Virus record (IMG/VR): IMGVR_UViG_3300035180_000343
Location: 65,322-129,321 of that record
Reading direction: 5' to 3' (one strand)
Origin: a virus
DNA length: 64,000 nt
Made by a program: the position numbers and the translations under genes. Below the pieces are notes generated by a model, which saw only the letters and a list, made by a program, of their open reading frames with translations, was not told the DNA's origin and did not search any database. Below, in pieces: positions 9,628 through 19,065 of the stretch (positions are counted from its first letter, which is position 1; every line of letters begins with the position of its first letter).

Positions 9628-10317
9628 CTACTTGAATGCTGGCTCGGAACCATACTTCAGAAAAGCATGTGCTCCAGTTTCAGAGTTTTTAACTAGAATT
9701 GGTTTCTTAGGATAGGAGCTATGATATGCTTTGATTTCTTTTCCGACTGGATGATCGTCTGGGAAAAAGTCTGTCCATCTCTGACCCTTTTGTCTACCTT
9801 TGAAAGCCTTGTTCCAATCTTCTGGAGACAATTCAAACACTTGAGTGTCGAATATCTTTTCTTTTCTATCAACCCAATTGCGTCGTCTAACCATTCCACC
9901 CAATGGAACTCCAACATTCGTCGATGTAGATGACCCATCTCCAACAGAGTTAGCAGCAACATCTTCCATGATTGGTTGAAGAATTGAATCCAACTTTTCT
10001 TCTAGAATCGAAATATCATTCTCAGATACTCCACGTTCCATTAGTTCCTCCTTTAATAGAGCAATTGACGTAAAAAGTGTTGCAACTCGTGTTTTTCCAA
10101 GTGGAACAATTTCTAGCATTCGTTTAATATTGAACACTAATCTATCGAGTAGTGTATAAGCATCTTTTTCTTCGGTTGTTTTGAGCTCGGAATATTTCCG
10201 TAAGACTTTTCCGTTTGCGTCAATAATTCCAAGTTTAAACGCATCAGTCTCGTCCCATTTTTGATTCAACTTTTGAAGAATCCTGAACGTAATAATCGAA
10301 TCGAGAAATCTGCTCAT
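9628..10317 (-). CDS. conserved T4-like hypothetical protein
   Basis: FRILQKL...DAFKLGIIDANGKVL pattern typical of T4-like phages. Confidence 0.7.
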   Translation of the reverse strand: MSRFLDSIITFRILQKLNQKWDETDAFKLGIIDANGKVLRKYSELKTTEEKDAYTLLDRLVFNIKRMLEIVPLGKTRVATLFTSIALLKEELMERGVSENDISILEEKLDSILQPIMEDVAANSVGDGSSTSTNVGVPLGGMVRRRNWVDRKEKIFDTQVFELSPEDWNKAFKGRQKGQRWTDFFPDDHPVGKEIKAYHSSYPKKPILVKNSETGAHAFLKYGSEPAFK

Positions 10318-10730
10318 CTTGGTCTTTCCTGGGTAAACTCTTCTAGTTTGGCTAACATTCCGAAATCGAATTGTGTTCTGTCGGGTCGAATTGTTAAAGT
10401 TGAATTTATTCGCAATTCATCTGGCATGATTTCAAGCCACGTGAACAAACATGCCAGATGATTTTCTAAATTTCTCGAATCTAACAGAAATGTGGATCTA
10501 ACTACAAAATCAACATCCAAACAATTGCAAGCAATGACTACATTATTGATTGCTAATTTTAAGAATTTTTCATCCCCACTCGAAATAAACTTGCTTAGGC
10601 TTAGGGAAATTCTCGAAATAGTATCGCAATCTTCTTGAAACGTCCGCATCGACACTGGCTGAACTTTATAAGCCTTTGCCGCATAAATTTGAAAATTTGA
10701 TCTAGTCAGCTCCCGATAAGCAGTTGTCAA
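10314..10730 (-). CDS. conserved T4-like hypothetical protein
   Basis: ELT..NFQIYAAKAY...FQED pattern; usual partner of the neighbouring gene. Confidence 0.65.
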   Translation of the reverse strand: MTTAYRELTRSNFQIYAAKAYKVQPVSMRTFQEDCDTISRISLSLSKFISSGDEKFLKLAINNVVIACNCLDVDFVVRSTFLLDSRNLENHLACLFTWLEIMPDELRINSTLTIRPDRTQFDFGMLAKLEEFTQERPR

Positions 10731-10731
10731 T

Positions 10732-11166
10732 TTAGAAGAATTCCTTTAGTTCATCTTCTTCTTCGTTGAAGTCTGCACCGTCGTCATCCTCTTCGTCATC
10801 TTCAACATTTTCGCTTCGAAGAAGAATGGATACGTTATATCCTTGATTAAAGGAAAGTGAGAATTCATACTTCTCATTATCTTTATCAAACATATCGATG
10901 TCAATTGAGATCAGGTCGTCCCCAATAGTTTCTGCAATTTCAGAATAGAGACCTGAAACCAACTCGTCTCTATTGAGTTCGACGTCTGGCTCAAGTCCGA
11001 TTTCTTTAAGAGCATCCATACAAGCCAAAGTAAGATCGACGATTTCTTCTGGGGTCTTGCAATCGAATTCGTCGGAAACATCTGACAATGTATCAATTAC
11101 TTCCTGTTCATCTTCACCCATCTCGTCGTCGTTGTTGAACATGACTGCGACAATTGCTGACATCAT
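10732..11166 (-). CDS. acidic hypothetical protein
   Basis: D/E-rich ORF. Confidence 0.6.
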   Translation of the reverse strand: MMSAIVAVMFNNDDEMGEDEQEVIDTLSDVSDEFDCKTPEEIVDLTLACMDALKEIGLEPDVELNRDELVSGLYSEIAETIGDDLISIDIDMFDKDNEKYEFSLSFNQGYNVSILLRSENVEDDEEDDDGADFNEEEDELKEFF

Positions 11167-11172
11167 CTATCC

Positions 11173-11523
11173 TTATTGGTTTTTTGGTTGATCGTTAGAT
11201 TCTGGAGCAACTGGAGCAGCCACTTCTGGAGCAACTGGAGCAGCCACTTCTGGAGCCACTGGAGCAGCCACTTCTGGAGCCACTGGAGCAGCCGCCACTT
11301 CTGGAGTCGCATTGGGGTTTGAAGGTTCAACTTTTTCGACTTCAGCTTTAACTTCTTCTACAACCTTTTCAACTTCAGCTTTAACTTCTTCAACAACTTG
11401 TTCCATATACTTTGCCATATCAGGCACAGCTATCAACAGCTCTCCAGTGATACGATGTCTCCATCCTTCTTCAGACTTAACTGCATCTTTACACCATTCT
11501 GGTGCTTTGTCGTAAATAGACAT
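11173..11523 (-). CDS. late hypothetical protein with APVAPEVA repeats
   Basis: ATAAATA and aggag upstream; paralog of 11551..11805. Confidence 0.7.
   Translation of the reverse strand: MSIYDKAPEWCKDAVKSEEGWRHRITGELLIAVPDMAKYMEQVVEEVKAEVEKVVEEVKAEVEKVEPSNPNATPEVAAAPVAPEVAAPVAPEVAAPVAPEVAAPVAPESNDQPKNQ
11201..11306. repeat. 24-bp coding tandem repeat, about 4.3 copies
   Basis: tctggagc(a/c)actggagcagccact units. Confidence 0.95.
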
Positions 11524-11550
11524 ACTTTTCTCCTGATTGATAATTTTGTT

Positions 11551-11805
11551 TTATTTATCTACAACATCCGTTGCTTTTGGCGTAGACTTCTTAGTTCTTG
11601 GTTTCTTAACTACCAGTGGTTTTTCTTCAACAGTCTCAACTACCAGTGGTTTTTCTTCAACAGTCTCGACTGTCTCAACTACTTCCATATACTTATCCAT
11701 TTCTGGAACAGAAATTAAGAGTTCCCCTGTAACATGATGTGCCCACCCTTTAGGTGTCTTGACCGCATTTTTGCACCAATGTGGTGCTTCATCATAAACA
11801 GACAT
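11551..11805 (-). CDS. late hypothetical protein, tandem paralog
   Basis: MSVYDEAPHWCKNAV vs MSIYDKAPEWCKDAV; 33-bp internal duplication. Confidence 0.7.
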   Translation of the reverse strand: MSVYDEAPHWCKNAVKTPKGWAHHVTGELLISVPEMDKYMEVVETVETVEEKPLVVETVEEKPLVVKKPRTKKSTPKATDVVDK

Positions 11806-11840
11806 ACTTTTCTCCTGGCTAATGATTTTGTTTTATTTAT

Positions 11841-13263
11841 CAGATGGCACCGTAAAACCTTGGCCTTTATGTCAGGGATATAAGGCGTGTTTTTAACTTG
11901 TTCCAAGTATATATTAGTAAAACCATTTTGTCAAGTGCTTTGACAATAATGAGTTCGTCAAAGTTGAACAATTATATAAATATACGTATATGAAACAATT
12001 ACTCGCATACAAATATCGGATTTATCCAACAAAGGATCAAGAAATCCTCTTGAGCAAAACCTTTGGTTGTAAGAGAGTAATCTTCAACCATTACCTAGAA
12101 GTGCAGCAAACCAGATACAAAAACAAAGAACCTCGGTTAAGCAATTTCGACATCAACAAAGACATCACCAAGTTAAAAGATGAAAAGGAATGGTTGAGGG
12201 AAGTCGATATAAACGCACTACAAGCGGCGGCGGGAGATTTGTCTGTTGCATATGACAATTTCTTCAAGTCGGTTACTGGTAAGAGAAAAGGTCCGAAGAT
12301 TTCTCCACCGAAGTTCAAGAACAAAAATTCTAGACAGTCGTATAGGACTCGTAATGTTCGCGTCAATGAAGACGGTTCTTTACAGATACCAAAACTAAAG
12401 TCAGTCAAAGCAGCCATCCACAGAGAAATTCCAGAAGGATCGATAATTAAATCGGCGACCATATCAAGGAACCCAGATGGAAGATATTACGCATCAATAT
12501 TAGTTGAAACAGAAGTAGCATTGCAGCCAATGACAGGTAAAGAAGTCGGTTGCGATTTAGGTCTCAAGGATTTGTTAATCACTTCAAGTGGTATAAAATT
12601 CAAAAGACCCGATGATTTACCAAACATTGCGAGAACCAAGCAATTGTTGAAGTTGAAGCAAAGACAGTTCGCAAGAACCGTTAAAGGTAGCAAAAATCAC
12701 GAATCGTTAAGACTTCAAGTAGCACGACTTTATTCGAAGAGCACAAGACAAAGAAATGAATATTATCATCTAGTTAGCAGATACTTGGTTGATAATTACG
12801 ATTCTATCTACGTCGAAGACTTGTCGAGTAAAAATATGTTACAGAATAGGAAGTTGAGTCGAGCGATTCATGAAGTGGCTTGGACAACTTTGTCCAATAT
12901 GATTTCATATAAATCATCTTGGGCTGGTAAAACTTATCATCAAATCGATCGTTGGTATCCAAGTAGCAAGACCTGTAGCTCTTGTGGTCATAAGCTCGAG
13001 AAACTTGATCTTGGCACTAGAGAATGGACTTGTCCGTCTTGTGGAACTCATCATGATCGTGATTTAAATGCTGCTATGAACATTCTTCATGTCGGTCAAG
13101 CCGACTGCTACGGAGAAGAAATGAAGTCGCAAGCAACAGGCGACTTGGGACTAGAGATCCCAGTGGCCCTACAGAAAATGACCATTAAAATCGAGAGATC
13201 CAACGCTACGTTGGTTGGTCATGGGAGTGGGCAAGCTACGTCCTTTAGGGCGTGGTAGTTGAC
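11841..13263 (+). mobile_element. IS200/IS605-family tnpB-only (IS1341-like) element, copy 1
   Basis: TTTAT|CAGATGG left end; right-end hairpin ending GTAGTTGAC; no tnpA. Confidence 0.9.
11990..13258 (+). CDS. tnpB: TnpB RNA-guided nuclease
   Basis: AYKYRIYPT, GCDLG (RuvC-I), VEDL (RuvC-II), CxxC-CxxC, HDRDLNAA (RuvC-III). Confidence 0.97.
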   Translation: MKQLLAYKYRIYPTKDQEILLSKTFGCKRVIFNHYLEVQQTRYKNKEPRLSNFDINKDITKLKDEKEWLREVDINALQAAAGDLSVAYDNFFKSVTGKRKGPKISPPKFKNKNSRQSYRTRNVRVNEDGSLQIPKLKSVKAAIHREIPEGSIIKSATISRNPDGRYYASILVETEVALQPMTGKEVGCDLGLKDLLITSSGIKFKRPDDLPNIARTKQLLKLKQRQFARTVKGSKNHESLRLQVARLYSKSTRQRNEYYHLVSRYLVDNYDSIYVEDLSSKNMLQNRKLSRAIHEVAWTTLSNMISYKSSWAGKTYHQIDRWYPSSKTCSSCGHKLEKLDLGTREWTCPSCGTHHDRDLNAAMNILHVGQADCYGEEMKSQATGDLGLEIPVALQKMTIKIERSNATLVGHGSGQATSFRAW

Positions 13264-13294
13264 CATAAATTGACATTTTGATTCTCCTATATCT

Positions 13295-14122
13295 TCAATG
13301 TTTTTTCGGTTTAGCAGTTTCCATCCGCTTAAGAGTTGTTTGCCACAACTTTCTAAACTTCCCACGAACAACTCCACCTCTAGCAAACGACAAGATTTGC
13401 TTTGACGCAAACCGATTCGACGATGACGTAGATTTCGATTTATCCCAAATTTGCTTCAATGATTTATATGGCAACCCAGTTATTTTTACAAGTTTTGCTA
13501 CTTCTGGATTTGTTCGTCCTTCTTCAATGAAATCTCCGTCTATCGAATCTTGAACCATCTCGTCAATTAAATCCGCAAGCGCCAATTCATTTTCTTCTAG
13601 AATTGTCCGGAGTTCTTCAAAGAGTTTCTTAGCAGATGTAGCAGTCGCCGTCGACGGACACATCGACTTAAATAACTGGAAATTATTTGTTTTGACTGCT
13701 TCTCTTGATTTGGTTGCGCTAACGTCTTCGTCTGTTCTTGGGGACTGGATGATTTCAACTTTTGTAAATCCTTTGTCAGTGGCCCACTTTTCAAGACTCT
13801 TAGCATAACCACCAGTAGCTTGATCTTCACCAACAACTATATATAATTGGGTATATCCGAGTTCTTTTAACGCTGTTACCATTTTAAATGGATCTCGGAT
13901 TTTATCGTTTTCAATGACTGTTATGTTTTTAAAGAATGTCTTGACCCATTTGACCTTGGAATTGAAATCCAATGGATTTTTCTTGTTATCTTGTGTATGC
14001 GAAAGACAAAGTATTGGATCCCCGTTGACTTTCTTTGCAGTCTCGACCGCAAGATTTACAAGTTTTTCGTGTCCGGATGTCGGGGGATTAAACCTCCCAA
14101 AGATTGCAACTGCTGTTTTCAT
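13295..14122 (-). CDS. HIGH-motif cytidylyltransferase-like protein
   Basis: FGRFNPPTSGHEKL, VVGED, VSAT. Confidence 0.85.
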   Translation of the reverse strand: MKTAVAIFGRFNPPTSGHEKLVNLAVETAKKVNGDPILCLSHTQDNKKNPLDFNSKVKWVKTFFKNITVIENDKIRDPFKMVTALKELGYTQLYIVVGEDQATGGYAKSLEKWATDKGFTKVEIIQSPRTDEDVSATKSREAVKTNNFQLFKSMCPSTATATSAKKLFEELRTILEENELALADLIDEMVQDSIDGDFIEEGRTNPEVAKLVKITGLPYKSLKQIWDKSKSTSSSNRFASKQILSFARGGVVRGKFRKLWQTTLKRMETAKPKKH

Positions 14123-14622
14123 TGTTCCAGTTCCGAGTAAAGAAGTCTAGGTCTAAACGAAAAACTATCGACCCCAACATCTAAGAGTTTCCTATGTGTT
14201 TTGGTATTTGTGCCATGGCAATGACCATGCAAAAACAAATCAATTTCATCCCCAATCTTTTCAATATCTTTTGGATCGATTGGACGATGTGACATGAAGA
14301 ATGTGTTACCACCAACTTCTATTGTTGCACAATCCTGAATCTCAACCCATTCTAAATCAAGTGTTTTCTTCTTATCATGGTTCCCGATAATAAGAACCTT
14401 TTGTCCGTTCAATCTAGAAAATATTTCGGAATTCAGTTCGGTAGAAATTCCACATGAAAAATCCCCTAGATGAAACACCAGATCATCTGGTGATATCGAT
14501 TCATTCCATCGTTGGATCATAGTTTCGTTCATTTCTTCCGATGTTTCGAATGGACGATTGCAGTATTTAATGATATTCCGATGCCCAAAATGTGTATCCG
14601 ACGTAACCCAAATTTTACTCAT
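14119..14622 (-). CDS. calcineurin-like metallophosphoesterase
   Basis: SDTHFGH, HLGDF, GNHD, HGHCH. Confidence 0.92.
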   Translation of the reverse strand: MSKIWVTSDTHFGHRNIIKYCNRPFETSEEMNETMIQRWNESISPDDLVFHLGDFSCGISTELNSEIFSRLNGQKVLIIGNHDKKKTLDLEWVEIQDCATIEVGGNTFFMSHRPIDPKDIEKIGDEIDLFLHGHCHGTNTKTHRKLLDVGVDSFSFRPRLLYSELEQ

Positions 14623-14623
14623 C

Positions 14624-15523
14624 TCAAACCTTTCTTTTAGAGTCTTTAAACTCTTTCGTCGTTACTTTAAGAGATTTGCCATTGATCGCAAGGACAATCC
14701 CTTCAATTTCTTTTCCAAACTTATCTTTTCCGTCGATATCAGCATTTAGAATCAACGTCGCAAGGTCTTCTTTTACTTTATTGACAATAGCAAGCAAATT
14801 CTCTTTTTGAATTTTGTCGGCTGCTTTTCTACTTTTCAAAATTTCTATATGAGAATCATCAAAATTGACTAGAGGATCAATAGTAGCATTTATATCCAAT
14901 GAGTCTATTTTCATTGAAGTATCGGCAAATTTAATTTTATCATTGCTAAACTTGAACAAATTTTTCTTTATAGACTCTTGTTGATCTTTTGGCAACTGTT
15001 CGCCAGTTGAAGCAACAACAAAATCAATTGGAAAAATAGTCATCAAACTTCCGAGTTTTGTCTTGTCATATTTTATAGTGACAAACGTAATCCCAGTGTC
15101 GTCTTCGGTTGCCATTGGGTTATAAAATATCTCACATATAAGTTTAACGTCATTTGGGATTGCTGTCAAGAAGTCTGCCGATTTAAAAATGTCAAACATA
15201 TCGTCATAGTGTTGAGCACGGATAACAATTTCGTCCTTTGCTCCTTTTGCTTTTGCATGAGTCGAGAATGCTTTTGGTTCAAATATCGGACCAGTTCTTG
15301 ACCCCTCAACAAACACTTTTCCGTCTTTGTTTTTTCCAATACGAAATCCTAGTCCGTCTACTTTCAATGATACCGGAATATCTTTTAAAACCCCACCTAA
15401 TTCAGATTTAAACGATTTTACGAGGGAGATGAATTCTTCCGGTTTCATCGCTTGTAGATGTTCCATTGTAGTTCGTTTTGTCTGGACTACGTCTTCATAA
15501 ATGAACTGTCGAAATGTTTTCAA
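14624..15523 (-). CDS. ligase-fold nucleotidyltransferase-like protein, putative internal head protein
   Basis: KVDG and EGIV...K motifs; N-terminus MKTFRQFIYE. Confidence 0.6.
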   Translation of the reverse strand: MKTFRQFIYEDVVQTKRTTMEHLQAMKPEEFISLVKSFKSELGGVLKDIPVSLKVDGLGFRIGKNKDGKVFVEGSRTGPIFEPKAFSTHAKAKGAKDEIVIRAQHYDDMFDIFKSADFLTAIPNDVKLICEIFYNPMATEDDTGITFVTIKYDKTKLGSLMTIFPIDFVVASTGEQLPKDQQESIKKNLFKFSNDKIKFADTSMKIDSLDINATIDPLVNFDDSHIEILKSRKAADKIQKENLLAIVNKVKEDLATLILNADIDGKDKFGKEIEGIVLAINGKSLKVTTKEFKDSKRKV

Positions 15524-16767
15524 AGTTGAAACCCCATCTTGTCTGCGGCGCGGCCATCGAGTGACCCTCTAACCTGATACGATTTTGACCTAAGATATAC
15601 TCTTGAGGACGACATATTATTCAATAAATCTTTTCCAGTTAAAACTTCCCATTTTGGGATACCAGTTGCGCCAATGTCTAGTTTTACATAAACTAAATCG
15701 GATGACAATGCATCTGAAATAAATGGTCTAAAATCTAACCTTGGGTCGGTTTTCGAATAAGTCTCAATCAATTGTCCAACTACTTGACTCAGCCCAATTG
15801 TTGTAATGCCCTTATTCCAAAAATCAATCTTGGATGGGTCAACTGATTCAATCCACTTCATTGCCGCATACGGAATGAGTTCATCTTTTCTCGCGTTCTT
15901 TTGAACCCACGAAGAATCAAATGTCTTGAACTCTTTGAACTTCATTTCTTTCAGATATTCCCCAGCTTTTATAGGACCAACCCAAGCAGTATTTGACTCG
16001 ATCTCCCGAATTATATTCGTCATTGGATCATTAAACCACTTCGACTTCTTATCTAACATTGAAAGAAGATCGGAACCCTTGACGGTATTTGTATGTTTTG
16101 CTGCAGTCTTTGCAGATACATTTATTACGCCAGTTGACTCAATAATATAGTCGAGCAATGGTTCGTTTGGTCTTTTTGGAAATTCAACGATTGAATATTT
16201 GTTGGCAACCTTTCCGATTGTTGCAAACATATCATTTTCAACAATTGCAATCGGTCCGAGACATTCTCCAAAGTCCTTCATCACTGATGCGATGTCAATA
16301 TTCTTTCTATGTTCTTTGAAAAAATCAACCAACGTGGAATTTGGAATTTTGCCCAATTGATGAGAAATTAACATTGAACAATAAGACCCAGTCATTCCTA
16401 ATTTTAACTCGTTTGTATTTCCTTGTAAAGTCTCGACATATTTTGGATATTTCAGGGGTTGAGTTAGACCAAACTTATCGGGTTTCAGAACATTTTGAGG
16501 AAGACGAGTTGACGTCACTTCGATTTTCATAACAATGAATTCGGTTGGGCTTATTTCGATATATCCTTTGGATGATTTCAAAATGCCGGACCCGTTTGTT
16601 TTTCTCTTCCATTTTGGGTTGTGATCTAGAAGTGTGGTGATTGCTCCCGCTCGTTGTGCATTCGGCAAGAATATATGATAAACCGTCTTCTTAGGTCTTC
16701 CTTGTGTCAGAACAGAAATATCAGACGCACCAGTGATTTCTTTTAGCTCTTCAACAAAATCTTTCAC
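15520..16767 (-). CDS. hypothetical protein, possible PD-(D/E)xK nuclease fold
   Basis: FGE..GP...FP..PNEPLLD...VSAK pattern. Confidence 0.45.
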   Translation of the reverse strand: MKDFVEELKEITGASDISVLTQGRPKKTVYHIFLPNAQRAGAITTLLDHNPKWKRKTNGSGILKSSKGYIEISPTEFIVMKIEVTSTRLPQNVLKPDKFGLTQPLKYPKYVETLQGNTNELKLGMTGSYCSMLISHQLGKIPNSTLVDFFKEHRKNIDIASVMKDFGECLGPIAIVENDMFATIGKVANKYSIVEFPKRPNEPLLDYIIESTGVINVSAKTAAKHTNTVKGSDLLSMLDKKSKWFNDPMTNIIREIESNTAWVGPIKAGEYLKEMKFKEFKTFDSSWVQKNARKDELIPYAAMKWIESVDPSKIDFWNKGITTIGLSQVVGQLIETYSKTDPRLDFRPFISDALSSDLVYVKLDIGATGIPKWEVLTGKDLLNNMSSSRVYLRSKSYQVRGSLDGRAADKMGFQL

Positions 16768-17873
16768 TTGTACCTCGCGTAGAAGGATTTCTTCATTTCG
16801 TCGAAGTCTTTAACGGATCCACCGAGTTTCTTAGTTAGAACGCTAATCATCGCATTCTTCTCATCGAGATCCTTGTCTGGATCTCCACGGTATAGTCCCT
16901 GTGCCGAATCTCCCCAGAGTGTATAAGCAAACCCAGTAACAATCGGCTTCCATGTGGACTTCGGAAGATTTTTTTGAATGAGGTCGATAAGTCCCGTGAA
17001 ACTACTAAATTGTTTGAGCTCGTCCGAAGATGGAGAATGTCCAAACCATTCTTTAAATACGAAATCTAGATCAGTGTTGCCAGGAGATTCTGTTGTCGAC
17101 ATTTCTCTATAATGTGGAATGTCGTTTGTCTTTATTTGTTTTCCAGAATCATCTTTGATTGGGGAAAGTTTGGTTCGTAGCCCACCAGTAACACTGAATG
17201 CGCGCTCACTTGAAAGGATTTCTTTATCTTTCCCTCTAGACGTCTTTGCTGGAATCAAAACCTTCTTAAGATTTGGAGCTTCCATTGCGCGCAGAAGATA
17301 TTTGTGAGCAACTCCCTTAATACCTTGCTCCATATCTTCCCATGCTGAGGAATGACTAAACTGTGCCCATGGCGTCGGTTTGCCAGTTTTGTCGAATTCT
17401 ACCAACTCCATATCAATCTGAATGTTGGTATCATATGGAACAAGTGTCCATAGAGTGATAAATTGTCCAGCCGATTTCTTATATCCAACGAATGTCAACG
17501 GGCCAAATGTTTCACCTTCGATACCAGAATTCAAGAATTTTTCAACAAACGGTTCAAGGTTGCCATCGACTTGAGTGTCAATATCTCCAACCGACTGTTT
17601 CACTTTAGAAAACTTTTCGTCTTCAATTTTCTTCAAGTCAAAGAAATGAAATGCAGAACCAGAAAGAAATTCTTTAGACTTGAAAAGAGAATCGTTCCAC
17701 AAATAAAGACCAGTCGACTTCGAAAATGCTTTATTGATTTCAGACAATCCCTTATCAATAACAGGGACGATTTCTTTTCTTGATAGTTTTGTCAGGTCAA
17801 TTCGTTGTGCTTCGGCGTCTCCCAAACGAACATTTCCACCTTCTGAAACGAACTTTCTAAAACTTTTTAACAC
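16764..17873 (-). CDS. pol-beta-type nucleotidyltransferase-like protein, putative internal head protein
   Basis: LSGS...GDID motif; probable GTG start gives MLKSFRKFVSE. Confidence 0.6.
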   Translation of the reverse strand: MLKSFRKFVSEGGNVRLGDAEAQRIDLTKLSRKEIVPVIDKGLSEINKAFSKSTGLYLWNDSLFKSKEFLSGSAFHFFDLKKIEDEKFSKVKQSVGDIDTQVDGNLEPFVEKFLNSGIEGETFGPLTFVGYKKSAGQFITLWTLVPYDTNIQIDMELVEFDKTGKPTPWAQFSHSSAWEDMEQGIKGVAHKYLLRAMEAPNLKKVLIPAKTSRGKDKEILSSERAFSVTGGLRTKLSPIKDDSGKQIKTNDIPHYREMSTTESPGNTDLDFVFKEWFGHSPSSDELKQFSSFTGLIDLIQKNLPKSTWKPIVTGFAYTLWGDSAQGLYRGDPDKDLDEKNAMISVLTKKLGGSVKDFDEMKKSFYARYK

Positions 17874-17906
17874 GAGATTTCCACCCAAAGTAATTTCCTT
17901 ATCGTG

Positions 17907-18659
17907 TTATTTATGGACATTTCGATACTTGACAATCATATCGATCATAACTTGTTCGTCTTGGTTTGGATTCTCACACTTTAAATAGGAATCCATTAAA
18001 TCATTTGCAAACTTGGATGTGCTTGGATCGACTTTATAAACTTCGTCAATTCCATTCAACTTCATTACGAGAAACCGTTTGACGCATTGTTTACATTCGC
18101 CACATGGGACTCCATCATTATGCCAACAACTTGTAGTTTCTTTCAGTTCTGGAATGATTTCTTTTCCGAATGTCTCGATAGCCCATTTTACGGTGTCAAC
18201 CTTTGACATCTTCTCTTCGACGAACGGAAACCTAACTTTACATCCATTGATGAATGGAGATAGCACATATGACAATACTTCCGAAGTCATTGCCCTAAAC
18301 TTTTCATTCTTGTCGGTTGCTTGTTCGTTGTCCTCGTCAAACAATGTCCCCATCCATACTTCATCTGGAAGTTCTTGGCTTGCGGCCAGAGTAGCAAATA
18401 CAAGATTCCTTCCAGGAATATAGATAGCAGATGCAAACGGATCAGACTTCTTGGACACGGGACGAATACCAGCTGGAGATAACCAATCAATAGTTCGAAT
18501 CTCAACATATTCTGGAAGTCGGTCAATCTCAACCTCTTCGGAATCTGCTCCATGTGCATAGTAAATACACTTTACATCCGCATCTGGATAATTCTTCTCG
18601 GCATATTTCTTCATCAGGAAACTGTCCAACCCACCACTATACAAAATCACAATCTTCAT
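17907..18659 (-). CDS. queC: 7-cyano-7-deazaguanine synthase QueC
   Basis: YSGGLDS, YIPGRN, SCW...CGECKQC. Confidence 0.9.
   Translation of the reverse strand: MKIVILYSGGLDSFLMKKYAEKNYPDADVKCIYYAHGADSEEVEIDRLPEYVEIRTIDWLSPAGIRPVSKKSDPFASAIYIPGRNLVFATLAASQELPDEVWMGTLFDEDNEQATDKNEKFRAMTSEVLSYVLSPFINGCKVRFPFVEEKMSKVDTVKWAIETFGKEIIPELKETTSCWHNDGVPCGECKQCVKRFLVMKLNGIDEVYKVDPSTSKFANDLMDSYLKCENPNQDEQVMIDMIVKYRNVHK
17908..17915 (-). promoter_or_regulatory. T4-type late promoter
   Basis: CATAAATA about 35 nt upstream of the NTase start. Confidence 0.6.
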
Positions 18660-18678
18660 TTGGAATCCTTAAAAATAA

Positions 18679-19065
18679 TCATTTGTGCCTTACGTTCTCT
18701 TTAGTAACCAAATCGTGCACAATTCTAACAACTTTTACGTCAGGACACAACCTTTCAATTTCGTCGGCCTGGATTGGGTCGTCTTCGTAGTGAATTACTA
18801 TTTTCATGTCAAAAATAGAGTTCAACAGATTGATGGTTTTTCCTTTATGAGTCCCAGACGACAATCTACTCTTTTTGTCGAATGGAAGTGGATTGAAGAA
18901 GGGGTAATTCATAATCCCCCTACTCTTCAACATCGCTATCGTTTCTGGAATTTCTTCAAACGACCTTCCAGTGATAATGACATCGTTTTCTCTTGGAGTT
19001 AATCCAGGATATTCTCCCATGAAAATAACTCCGTCAATGTCATAACTCGCAATAGGATCATTCAT
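18679..19065 (-). CDS. HAD-superfamily phosphatase
   Basis: YDIDG, ITGR, K, YEDD motifs; overlaps ino1 stop. Confidence 0.8.
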   Translation of the reverse strand: MNDPIASYDIDGVIFMGEYPGLTPRENDVIITGRSFEEIPETIAMLKSRGIMNYPFFNPLPFDKKSRLSSGTHKGKTINLLNSIFDMKIVIHYEDDPIQADEIERLCPDVKVVRIVHDLVTKENVRHK

